A DNA stretch of 64,000 nt from sequence record OR413581.1. The stretch is one strand, 5' to 3'. Every line of letters starts with the position of its first letter. The stretch's first letter is position 1. Shown in pieces: positions 56,097 to 64,000 of the stretch. Position numbers and translations under genes: made by a program. The notes under the pieces were generated by a model. That model had not been told where the DNA came from, searched no databases, and saw only the letters and a program-made list of their open reading frames with translations.

Positions 56097-57104
56097 ATGA
56101 CGAAGCTCGTTTCGTTTTCAGCAGGGTTGGATTCCACCTGGATAATGTATCAGCTGTTATGCAAAGCACCGGCCAATGAAGCACGACATGTCCGTCCTGC
56201 GTATTTCTCCATGTGGAATGGAGGTAACGCGAACTTCATGGAAATTCTTTGTAGCGTGGCCATTGTTGAACGGTTGATGGATAGACACCATGCACAAACC
56301 GATCATGTTACATGGGCGGTGCTCGGGGAAGAGAACTTCCCGCCTGTCGTTACCGCTGGATATGCTAACGGCTGGTCGCCTCTGGTTCAGCAGGGCAATG
56401 TTGTTAATGGTCTCGCTAAACTGATGTGTGGTATTACGCGCAAACAGCACCACGCCTATGCAGTTGTTGGTTGGAATAAGCTAGATGCGTTGGAGAATAG
56501 TCTAGAGCTGGGAGATTGGACATTAGATGAGTACGCCCGCTTAAAGAACCTCTATAGCGAATTGATGTATTTCCAAGATCATGCCGGTCGCGTTCCACCG
56601 CTTCTAACACCTGCGTGGGATAAAGAGAAACTGGAAATGTGGCAGGAGTTGCCGGAAGATATTCGTAGGTTGGTACAGGTCAGTAACTACAACAACTACG
56701 AATTCGCGATAGACCGTGGGAATAACGTGCTCATCGTTTATGCCAATCCGTCAGCAAAGTCGCAGAATTATCGTAGTCTTGGTATTACACCGTCAGTGGG
56801 ATGGGAGATTAAAATCAACGATGCTTACAGACGGGTATGGTGTTCTGCTCTTGGTAGTGCTATTTCTGCTATGGGTTTGGGCGTACCGGCTTTTGCTAAC
56901 TTTAAGGACCCGGAAAGAAACCACACGACCTTTACGGTAAGTGAAGATACTGACCGGTTATGCATCACATCGTTTACCGCGGAAGAGTGGTGCGAGTATG
57001 CGCCACATTTTAAAGCGCTTCAGGAGAAAGAAAAAGAGATAGCGAAAAATGCCAAAGCAAGTAAAGCTGTGGACGCTCCAACTGGCGAAGTGGCGGATAG
57101 CTGA
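56097..57104 (+). CDS. QueC-like PP-loop (N-type) ATP pyrophosphatase
   Basis: LVSFSAGLDST at N-terminus, VVGWNKLD, LLTPAWDKEK; no Zn-Cys cluster. Confidence 0.65.
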   Translation: MTKLVSFSAGLDSTWIMYQLLCKAPANEARHVRPAYFSMWNGGNANFMEILCSVAIVERLMDRHHAQTDHVTWAVLGEENFPPVVTAGYANGWSPLVQQGNVVNGLAKLMCGITRKQHHAYAVVGWNKLDALENSLELGDWTLDEYARLKNLYSELMYFQDHAGRVPPLLTPAWDKEKLEMWQELPEDIRRLVQVSNYNNYEFAIDRGNNVLIVYANPSAKSQNYRSLGITPSVGWEIKINDAYRRVWCSALGSAISAMGLGVPAFANFKDPERNHTTFTVSEDTDRLCITSFTAEEWCEYAPHFKALQEKEKEIAKNAKASKAVDAPTGEVADS

Positions 57105-57432
57105 AAAACGGAATTTGCCAAAGCTGGATATAACGGTTAAGTCGGGGCTGAAATATTTGGCACCCGACTGGGACTTTCTGATGGACTACAAGAAGTCTGA
57201 CAAAGGCCCCGACGCAGAAGCTGCGTATACCAAACGCTACCTGCAGAAACTTAGTCGGTTGTTTGATGAAGACACCGATAAGTTGATAGAGATTCTCCGC
57301 CAGGGCGAGGTCGTACTAATGTGTTATTGCCCGCCGGGGAAATTCTGTCATCGCCACTTGCTAGTTTCTTACCTTATTGAAATCGGTGAGTGGTTCGGTT
57401 ATGAAGTAATTTACATGGGCGAGTTATCGTAA
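57049..57432 (+). CDS. DUF488/YeaO-like protein
   Basis: YLAPDWDFL and VVLMCYCPPGKFCHRHLL. Confidence 0.75.
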   Translation: MPKQVKLWTLQLAKWRIAEKRNLPKLDITVKSGLKYLAPDWDFLMDYKKSDKGPDAEAAYTKRYLQKLSRLFDEDTDKLIEILRQGEVVLMCYCPPGKFCHRHLLVSYLIEIGEWFGYEVIYMGELS

Positions 57433-57444
57433 GGAGTATTGAAA

Positions 57445-57549
57445 ATGTATTTAATTGCTACTGGCCATCACCCACGAACGTTTAGCAGTTTCAGATTACA
57501 CCGTGAAGCAGGACGGGAACACTTTCACTCTCGAGTTTACAGGGAATAA
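57445..57549 (+). CDS. 34-aa His/Arg-rich peptide (possible truncated gene)
   Basis: AAGGAG RBS, MYLIATGHHPRTFSSFRLHREAGREHFHSRVYRE. Confidence 0.4.
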   Translation: MYLIATGHHPRTFSSFRLHREAGREHFHSRVYRE

Positions 57550-57623
57550 AGAAATGGCAGCTGGATTATTAGAATAACCGTGAATTTCCTTTGCACCGCA
57601 CCCTAACTTTTTAAGGAGTCCTC

Positions 57624-58019
57624 GTGAAATTGATTATGCCTAAAACCGTTCCTAATCAGGATATGGTTACGACTACACTGTTTTCTGAATCATTACGTAA
57701 CTCTGTACGTCAGACCGCTTCACGTCTAGACGTAGCGGTTGAAGAACTCGACCCAGGGGTTTTCATGAAGTATGCGTTTATTGCAGAAGGTTACGCGATC
57801 GCCCTGAGTTATGCGCGGTATGTCGATGACGTGACAGAAGCTAAACGTTATTTAGAAGGCTGTTGTCAAGTTTTCCGTGAAGAAATCACCGAGATGGAGA
57901 TGGTTGACCGCGGCTTACCTGAATTTGTAAAGGTGGGTTACGATAAGCTGTTGCAATCCATCGCGGATGAAATCGGACGTCGCGGGTTAACTGTAGTGCA
58001 CAGCGCTACACTGCACTAA
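57624..58019 (+). CDS. hypothetical protein
   Basis: 131 aa, GTG start, RBS AAGGAG. Confidence 0.75.
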   Translation: MKLIMPKTVPNQDMVTTTLFSESLRNSVRQTASRLDVAVEELDPGVFMKYAFIAEGYAIALSYARYVDDVTEAKRYLEGCCQVFREEITEMEMVDRGLPEFVKVGYDKLLQSIADEIGRRGLTVVHSATLH

Positions 58020-58033
58020 CACCGTACGAGTAG

Positions 58034-58073
58034 GCTACCACACGATCATATGTGTGGTAGCTTATTTTTTTTT
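58034..58073 (+). terminator. intrinsic terminator
   Basis: GCTACCACAC/GTGTGGTAGC plus T-tract. Confidence 0.85.
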
Positions 58074-58089
58074 GTTTCTGGAGGCGTTA

Positions 58090-58623
58090 ATGGCAGACCG
58101 CTATCAGCCCGACCTAACACTCTCGTCGAAAGCGCTTGTCGTGGCGTTGATTAATCACGATAACGGCTTGTCATTATCGCCTGACGAGATTGTGATAAGC
58201 GGGGTAGGGCCTATCGACTTAGGTGTTGAAAGTGCCCGTACCACGCAAGCGTACATTGCAAAAGCACGTAAACCTAACGGTAAGAAGATTACCGTCTATT
58301 ACGACCGTCTAGCTGCTAATAAGATTATCGACCCGCAAGGACCGATACTGGTTACTGTAGCTCCCGGCGACACCTATGCCGATTTAGCGACAGTTGTAAA
58401 CCAGTTGTGCGGTTTAAACTTGTCACGTGAGGACATCTCGACAGGGGTTATTACACCAACAAACGAGCCGTTGATTGCACCGATGAGTGACGATTCACCG
58501 GCTTGGACGGCTACCTTTACATTCACGGCGTTTAATGAAAAAGAAGCTGTGGCAAGTCTGGATGAAGAAACTGTTTTATGCATCGGTGATGATGCAGTGT
58601 TAACCTACGGAGACGATGCATAA
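58090..58623 (+). CDS. virion protein, tail-associated paralog family
   Basis: 177 aa; DLTLSSKALVVALINHDN, ITVYYDRL. Confidence 0.6.
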   Translation: MADRYQPDLTLSSKALVVALINHDNGLSLSPDEIVISGVGPIDLGVESARTTQAYIAKARKPNGKKITVYYDRLAANKIIDPQGPILVTVAPGDTYADLATVVNQLCGLNLSREDISTGVITPTNEPLIAPMSDDSPAWTATFTFTAFNEKEAVASLDEETVLCIGDDAVLTYGDDA

Positions 58624-59096
58624 TGGCAACTGTAGTCAAAAAGAAACGTTTGCATGAACTCGATTCTTACAACGGTGATAAGTCGAGCGCAGTAGCGCTT
58701 ATCAGCGTTGATGAAAAGGAGTACAAACTTCCTCTCAGTGAAATCGGCGGTGGTGGGGCAGATGCAAACCCTATCCAAAACTTATCCGGTGCTGACGGTG
58801 TCGTTGAAATAGATCCCAATATTGCGGACGACTTCATTATCCGTTTAGGTGACCCCACCACTGCGCTTTCTATCACACCTATTACCGACCCGGTTCCGGG
58901 TACGCGATATGAGTTATTACTGACGCTACGTCAGGGTACCGGTGCAAACAAAATCACCTGGCCGGCTTCGGTTAAATGGCCTAACGGTGCAGAACCTCCG
59001 TTATCGTACACGCTGGACGCCGAGGATGTGTTGTCTTTGTCATCTACGGATGGCGGCACAACCTGGAAAGGGGCCATTTGCGGAACAGGATACTAA
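58623..59096 (+). CDS. tail-fibre-associated protein
   Basis: TWPASVKWPNGAEPPLS...DVLSL..TDGGTTWKG, a module common at phage tail-fibre C-termini. Confidence 0.65.
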   Translation: MATVVKKKRLHELDSYNGDKSSAVALISVDEKEYKLPLSEIGGGGADANPIQNLSGADGVVEIDPNIADDFIIRLGDPTTALSITPITDPVPGTRYELLLTLRQGTGANKITWPASVKWPNGAEPPLSYTLDAEDVLSLSSTDGGTTWKGAICGTGY

Positions 59097-59099
59097 GCC

Positions 59100-62000
59100 A
59101 TGCGCAAATTTAAAATCTCTGCTAAACGACATGCGCTGAACTACGCACTGTCGCTGGCTTACGGACATCAGGACTTTGTTCGTCGAAACACCGGCTTAAC
59201 TAACGACGCCCACAATGACCATTATCTGATTAACCCAGAAGGGGTGCTATCTAATAACCGGCATTTCATTGCTGACTCCATGGCAGTGTATCAACCTAAT
59301 GGTGACGCCACCACAGAAGGTCAATCGTTGCTGATTATTGGCTACTGTCACATGTACATTGCTACCAAAAACCAGATGTGGTTAGATGCGGCGATTCATG
59401 CATGGGAAGCGTACGCTACCTACTATTACGCAGGTCAGGCCATTCCCGATTCACCACAACGTTGGATTTGTAACTGGCTAGTTAACGGTAAAGAGCCAGT
59501 GCTGGCAGACTATCCGGTGCATCCGACCGAGCCAACCCACGGTGGTTATAAGTGTGTACCGGTAACGTTTACGAACGGGCGTTGCCAGATACCCCAAGGC
59601 GCACCATTCTTTGGTGAATATCTGAACAATTTCTTTTCTGCGCATCGTGGCCATCCTACTTGGGGTGCGGTTAATGCCGACGTACAGAAAATTAAGGAAT
59701 CGGAAGACGGGTTAATTGACTGGTCTAAAGTCCCTGATTACTTAATCGTCAATCCAGAGAAACCTTACGATGTAAAAGCGTGGGTGGACTGGAACACGAT
59801 GCTAAACGACCCAACCGGATATACACCAATGTGGGGCGGTTCTACCTCGAAAGGTCCGCGGTACGAACCTGACTGGTTTGTTGTGTGGACGGGTGAGAAG
59901 GTTCAAGACGGCGATGTCATCGAATCCGGTTTACCTGATGCCCAGAAAGGAACCGTACAATTAAAGGACACTAGTATTAACGGTGTATATTTGATTAACT
60001 ACGCTTCCCAGGTACCTGTAGAGCACGGCGGATATTTGTTTGACCGCAATGAGCCGTGGCACAACCGTCCGGTTCATACCCCGTTAAAAGGGTCTGTTAA
60101 CCAGATGGGTAACGCGGCAGATGCGGAAGTGTGGTTTATTGATGCCTGTTATCTGCTCTGGCGTATCACGGGTGAACCGCGCTATAAAGCCGCATTAGAC
60201 TCTGTGTTCTATACAGCGCACGAGTACACGTATATCGATGCGAAGGACAAGTTTTTCCGTCGTTCTAAGCTAGCCGAAACGCCATTTACAGATGGTATCT
60301 CGTACGACTATAAATACCCCAGCACTGTTGAGGTCGCTTACAGTCGTGATGAAAATGGTGATATTGTGTTCCGTTCTGAGGAAGCTGTGCAGAACTTTAT
60401 GGAACAGCAAGCCGTGCGTTTCAGGATAAACAGTCAATCGAAGTTACGTGTGACGTATGGCGGTGTTTGCGACAACGGTGATGCACTTGCGTGTAAAGTG
60501 ATGGTGGATATTAACCCCGTCAAAGCGGATACTGAAGAAGTAAACTGGTACGGCTGTACGCTTCCGGGATCAACATCGATGGAAGTAGAACAGCATGACA
60601 TCGATTTAGGGCATCTGGCCAGAATGACCAATCCGGCCAACGGCGAAGATTACATCATTGCCGATGCGCGAGCATGTTCGGACTACGGTGGGTGTACGTG
60701 GCAGGAGAAGTTTGAGAACAACATTTACGATGGTCGTTCAGGCACAATCGTAGAAGCGTTATTCCCGAACGACGATGCGGGTTTCATTATCGGTTTCTGG
60801 TTAACCGATGCCGGTGTTGCACCCCCACAGTCAATTGTCTATCGTGCCGATGCTGATTTCAACTTCCGTTTCGAAGATACCGACAAGTGGCGTTGGTGGT
60901 GGATGTTGCCCGCGACTAACGGGGAATGGAAACAGGTTATTATTCGCCCTGAAGACGCAACACTCTCGGGCTATCAACCTGACCACGATACCGACGTCGA
61001 ACCAAAACCGGCTGCGCCAAACTATACAACTATCGATCAGGTAACCATACTGCCCGATTCGGCTGTGGAGAATGCGCACTTTAGCTGGTATTGCGTAAAC
61101 GATGTTCCGCCACTGTTTAATGCAGACGACGGTTGGACGTTAACGTTCCGTATTGTAATTCGGGGAGGTTCTGCATTTACGGGTAAAGTGGGCGATTGTA
61201 CGATAAAAGATTACCGTCTTGACTCGCTCGCGTATTGTCCAGGTACGATACCGTTCTCGAACATTTATTCGGAAGGAACGTATCAGCTAGGTGCATGGCA
61301 CGGGATGCCGTATCCCGGCTATCAGTATCCGTTTATGTACACCATACACACCGATGATCGCTACAAAGACTGGCTCTTAAATCAGATTCGGTTTATGCAC
61401 GATTCACAAACCAACTACCAAACGCAGATAGGTGAGTTAGGTCCAGGTTGTGCGGCGTATATTTGGAACCGTTGGGATAACTACTCTTACGGCCCGGCAG
61501 ATACGTGGACAACGTTCCATTGGGGCGATGGACATCCGTGGGCAGGTTATCAGCCGCGCGCGTATAACGCCGCTGCGCGTTGTTGGTACGAATTAGTTGT
61601 GCGTGGTAAAGAGGTTCCACCTGAGCTAATAGTGTACGTTGAAAATTGGGCTAAGTGGCTCGTAGGGTTCTTAGACCGCTTTGACAACCACACCCCGAAT
61701 GAATTCCCTACGGCACCAAATAAACCGGTATGGGTAGAGAATGATTTCACAGCACATATGTGTGCGCTCTGGATAGCAGGCAGTGCTTACGCAGCAATGG
61801 CCGGTTGTACGGTGGATGGGTTAGACCGAATTATGGATATGGGAATGAAAGAGATGGGTGATAACTTCACTGTCACCGACATTCCAGGAAAAGCCATTAA
61901 CGGTGCCTGGTCTCCATGGGCAAATCCTACCACGGATAACGGCCAGGCTTTTGGTTTTTATACTGGAGAAGCGATGCGTGCAATCGGGTTGTATCTCCTC

Positions 62001-62117
62001 TATAAAGAACACGGCGCAGGACATGATATTTATCGTGACTTGGCAATCCCCGACCACACAACAGCCTCGCTCGATATAACGTTTACTATCCCAGACGATC
62101 CGCTCGAAACTAATTAA
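59100..62117 (+). CDS. large GH8-like (alpha/alpha)6 glycoside hydrolase-type tail/appendage protein
   Basis: 1005 aa; ATTEGQ (E73) and NAADAE (about 338-343) followed by ...GEPRYKAAL match GH8 SEGQ and AtDaD motifs. Confidence 0.6.
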   Translation: MRKFKISAKRHALNYALSLAYGHQDFVRRNTGLTNDAHNDHYLINPEGVLSNNRHFIADSMAVYQPNGDATTEGQSLLIIGYCHMYIATKNQMWLDAAIHAWEAYATYYYAGQAIPDSPQRWICNWLVNGKEPVLADYPVHPTEPTHGGYKCVPVTFTNGRCQIPQGAPFFGEYLNNFFSAHRGHPTWGAVNADVQKIKESEDGLIDWSKVPDYLIVNPEKPYDVKAWVDWNTMLNDPTGYTPMWGGSTSKGPRYEPDWFVVWTGEKVQDGDVIESGLPDAQKGTVQLKDTSINGVYLINYASQVPVEHGGYLFDRNEPWHNRPVHTPLKGSVNQMGNAADAEVWFIDACYLLWRITGEPRYKAALDSVFYTAHEYTYIDAKDKFFRRSKLAETPFTDGISYDYKYPSTVEVAYSRDENGDIVFRSEEAVQNFMEQQAVRFRINSQSKLRVTYGGVCDNGDALACKVMVDINPVKADTEEVNWYGCTLPGSTSMEVEQHDIDLGHLARMTNPANGEDYIIADARACSDYGGCTWQEKFENNIYDGRSGTIVEALFPNDDAGFIIGFWLTDAGVAPPQSIVYRADADFNFRFEDTDKWRWWWMLPATNGEWKQVIIRPEDATLSGYQPDHDTDVEPKPAAPNYTTIDQVTILPDSAVENAHFSWYCVNDVPPLFNADDGWTLTFRIVIRGGSAFTGKVGDCTIKDYRLDSLAYCPGTIPFSNIYSEGTYQLGAWHGMPYPGYQYPFMYTIHTDDRYKDWLLNQIRFMHDSQTNYQTQIGELGPGCAAYIWNRWDNYSYGPADTWTTFHWGDGHPWAGYQPRAYNAAARCWYELVVRGKEVPPELIVYVENWAKWLVGFLDRFDNHTPNEFPTAPNKPVWVENDFTAHMCALWIAGSAYAAMAGCTVDGLDRIMDMGMKEMGDNFTVTDIPGKAINGAWSPWANPTTDNGQAFGFYTGEAMRAIGLYLLYKEHGAGHDIYRDLAIPDHTTASLDITFTIPDDPLETN

Positions 62118-62122
62118 GTGTA

Positions 62123-62165
62123 TACCAGCTATCCTTCGGGGTGGCTGGTACGCTTTATTTTATTT
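62123..62165 (+). terminator. intrinsic terminator
   Basis: TACCAGCTATCC-TTCG-GGGTGGCTGGTA plus T-rich tail. Confidence 0.8.
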
Positions 62166-62187
62166 CAGATAGATGTTATCTCAGTGA
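62163..62187 (+). promoter_or_regulatory. early-type promoter variant
   Basis: TTTCAGATAGATGTTATCTCAGTGA. Confidence 0.7.
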
Positions 62188-62198
62188 ACCTCTGAAAT

Positions 62199-62221
62199 TT
62201 ACGTTTCAATCAGAGCATATG
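62199..62221 (+). promoter_or_regulatory. bipartite promoter candidate TTAC-N15-TATG
   Basis: GAAATTTAC 62194-62202, TATG 62218-21. Confidence 0.65.
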
Positions 62222-62244
62222 TCATGTATTAAGGAGCACTTAAA

Positions 62245-62577
62245 ATGTCTAAAGTCTATCACATTGCGGTATTGCGTCAGGCAACTGACCTTGAAGGCGA
62301 CGGTGAACTTCGAATGCAGGAAGCCATTCTGAGCACTGTTAAAGAACTTAACCAAGCAAACAATTTCGATGCGCGCTTCGAAGCGCTGCCTGTAAGCCGT
62401 GGTGCTTTCTACGGCAGTCAAATACTGGCAACCCAGTATGCGATGGCTTTAAGTGAATTGCGCAATAACCCTAGCCCAGAGACCGCAGCGAAGATGAACA
62501 AGCTGTCGTTATGGATGAATAACCTGGATGTCCCCGCAGCATCCACTGTAAGTGGTTTGGGGGTGGTCAATGAGTAG
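62245..62577 (+). CDS. hypothetical early protein
   Basis: 110 aa, RBS AAGGAG. Confidence 0.75.
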   Translation: MSKVYHIAVLRQATDLEGDGELRMQEAILSTVKELNQANNFDARFEALPVSRGAFYGSQILATQYAMALSELRNNPSPETAAKMNKLSLWMNNLDVPAASTVSGLGVVNE

Positions 62578-62905
62578 AGTAATCGGTGTTGCCAGACCAA
62601 TGCGTCTCAATAGGACACCAATGATAAATCGTGATATCGGTGAAGCTGTAAAACAGTTGTCGAATGTCGACGGTTACACCTTTAAAGTGATAACACTGTA
62701 CGACTACCCAGAAGGCAAAGTTCCGCAAGAGGCGCTGGATAAATTCGTTAATGTATTAGACGATTGCCTTAAGAGTCCAACGGACGTAAACCTTATCAAA
62801 CTAAACACCATGTCCCTTGAACTGTACCGGCTGCGTAAAATGGGCATTCATGCTCGCATCGGTAAAGGTGACCAAACGTTGGCCGAATACTGGGCTAAAC
62901 AGTAA
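62570..62905 (+). CDS. hypothetical protein
   Basis: 111 aa from ATG 62570. Confidence 0.7.
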   Translation: MSRVIGVARPMRLNRTPMINRDIGEAVKQLSNVDGYTFKVITLYDYPEGKVPQEALDKFVNVLDDCLKSPTDVNLIKLNTMSLELYRLRKMGIHARIGKGDQTLAEYWAKQ

Positions 62906-62932
62906 GCTATTTTAAATCCTAAGGAGCATTAA

Positions 62933-63451
62933 GTGAATATTACCATGAACCTGTACACCAAACGGGAACGTAACGTTTTAGAATCTGGCGTTGCCCCAGA
63001 AGTATTGGCTGCGGGGGATATTAGCATCGACCCATTGAAAGTGAAAGTCGCGGAACTGTTCCCTCGTGATGAATGGGACATCTGGTATTTCCGTTGTTCG
63101 TCGGTATTGAATGCAATCAAACAACTGTCTGATTATCAGCCTGGCCCGTACATCGGCACCTGGCACTGGTACGTCCCGCGCACCCCAAACTTCCTCTACT
63201 TACACGATGACGATAAACGTACCCATATTCGCACTGTAGCGACGCCTGAGCGTTTGGAGCGTTATCTGGGGTTAATCCACGACCGTCCTCGTAACGAGCT
63301 GCAGAGCATCGTAGAAGTGCTCAGACAGGTACCTTTAGACGGTATCCTGGAACTGGACATGAAAATTGCTGATCGGCCTCGCCACTACTGGGAATTTTCC
63401 TGGGTAGATGCGAAATACGAAAACCATAACGTTATCTACCTGAAGCGTTGA
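62933..63451 (+). CDS. hypothetical protein
   Basis: 172 aa, RBS AAGGAG. Confidence 0.75.
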   Translation: MNITMNLYTKRERNVLESGVAPEVLAAGDISIDPLKVKVAELFPRDEWDIWYFRCSSVLNAIKQLSDYQPGPYIGTWHWYVPRTPNFLYLHDDDKRTHIRTVATPERLERYLGLIHDRPRNELQSIVEVLRQVPLDGILELDMKIADRPRHYWEFSWVDAKYENHNVIYLKR

Positions 63452-63461
63452 GGGAGACAGG

Positions 63462-63782
63462 ATGTTGAACTGGTTACTTGCGCTGATTAACAAGCGACAA
63501 AAACAACTGTACGAAGAAAACCGAGAATTAGCTGCCGCTAACCGTCGTGTACAAGCCGATAACTTGCAGTTAAGACACGACCTCGCGAAACTAGGTGTTA
63601 ACGCGAGTAGGCTTTGCACGCACATTAGCCGGTGCCACGATATCATCGAACGTATTGGACACTACCATCTTACGTCTCCTGCGCGTCGCGTCTATGACGC
63701 GGCCGTCCAGGGATTAAAAGATACCAGGAATGCGTACGACGAGATGTTAGAAGAGTTTAGCAAACGTGAGGATAAATACTAA
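63462..63782 (+). CDS. coiled-coil hypothetical protein
   Basis: 106 aa, RBS GGGAG. Confidence 0.7.
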   Translation: MLNWLLALINKRQKQLYEENRELAAANRRVQADNLQLRHDLAKLGVNASRLCTHISRCHDIIERIGHYHLTSPARRVYDAAVQGLKDTRNAYDEMLEEFSKREDKY

Positions 63783-64000
63783 TGGAAATGCCAACGAACA
63801 CCGACTTAGCACTGGCAATCGAACACATGAAAAACCATCAGTTGACGTTACTGAATGCAGGCACAGAAGGGCAACGTCAAGGGTATGCGCTCGTTGCAAA
63901 AGCAGCGTTAGAACTTAACAAGATTCTACTCGCTAAACTTTACGGGCTGGAAAACAGCGTGCTCCATGCGTCGCACCTGGGCGAAGCCAGCGAGTTAGTT
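63782..64000 (+). CDS. hypothetical protein, truncated by window end
   Basis: TAATG coupling; MEMPTNTDLALAIEHMKNH... open to base 64000. Confidence 0.65.
   Translation, partial: MEMPTNTDLALAIEHMKNHQLTLLNAGTEGQRQGYALVAKAALELNKILLAKLYGLENSVLHASHLGEASELV

Noticed and set aside
56097-57104. Canonical queC / 7-deazaguanine DNA modification cluster
   Set aside because: Zn-binding cysteines are absent and there are no partner genes in the window; kept only as QueC-like.
58035-58054. TATG/TGTG at 58049-54 as a bipartite promoter
   Set aside because: No TTAC at the 15-nt spacing; it lies inside a terminator stem. A TATG-only late promoter remains possible.
173-63646. Many other overlapping or antisense ORFs in the track (e.g. 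2524-3180, 27290-28312, 50589-50825 extension)
   Set aside because: Nested in or opposite to better supported genes, without RBS or motifs.
1-64000. CRISPR array, tRNA, rRNA, transposase, group I intron, alternative genetic code
   Set aside because: No repeat-spacer periodicity, cloverleaf or splice-interrupted genes seen by eye; genes are full-length in the standard code. tRNAscan-SE and Infernal were not run.

Overview
This window is a 64-kb slice of a phiKZ-like jumbo myophage (Chimalliviridae-type). It most resembles Salmonella phage SPN3US/SEGD1. That assignment comes from recalled family knowledge and was not checked by a database search. The support is gene order (inner-head genes, DnaB-like helicase, major capsid, RNAP beta N-half, portal, baseplate, RuvC) and A-x-E prohead-protease sites at MCP ATE-130, portal ATE-161 and head paralogs AQE-125/ARE-137. 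Conserved morphogenesis blocks alternate with accessory operons encoding DHFR, dTMP kinase, Dam, five GNAT-fold genes, HslU-like, QueC-like, SLOG, DUF488-like and GH8-like proteins. I found no CRISPR array, tRNA, rRNA, intron or intein. The most unusual observations are: (1) an unannotated tandem pair of 48-aa peptides at 18.1-18.5 kb, each carrying an identical internal Shine-Dalgarno/anti-SD 10-mer and followed by a hairpin, with a minus-strand terminator directly upstream; (2) a fixed-spacing bipartite promoter TTAC-N15-T(A/G)TG at 10 intergenic sites, alongside a 25-bp early-promoter motif at 7 sites; (3) a GNAT-Dam-GNAT-GNAT operon; (4) an HslU lacking the HslV-activating tail next to a degenerate prohead protease, followed by a Zn-less QueC-like gene and a DUF488-like gene; (5) a probable virion-borne GH8-like glycanase. 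All functional proposals are inferences from motifs read by eye.
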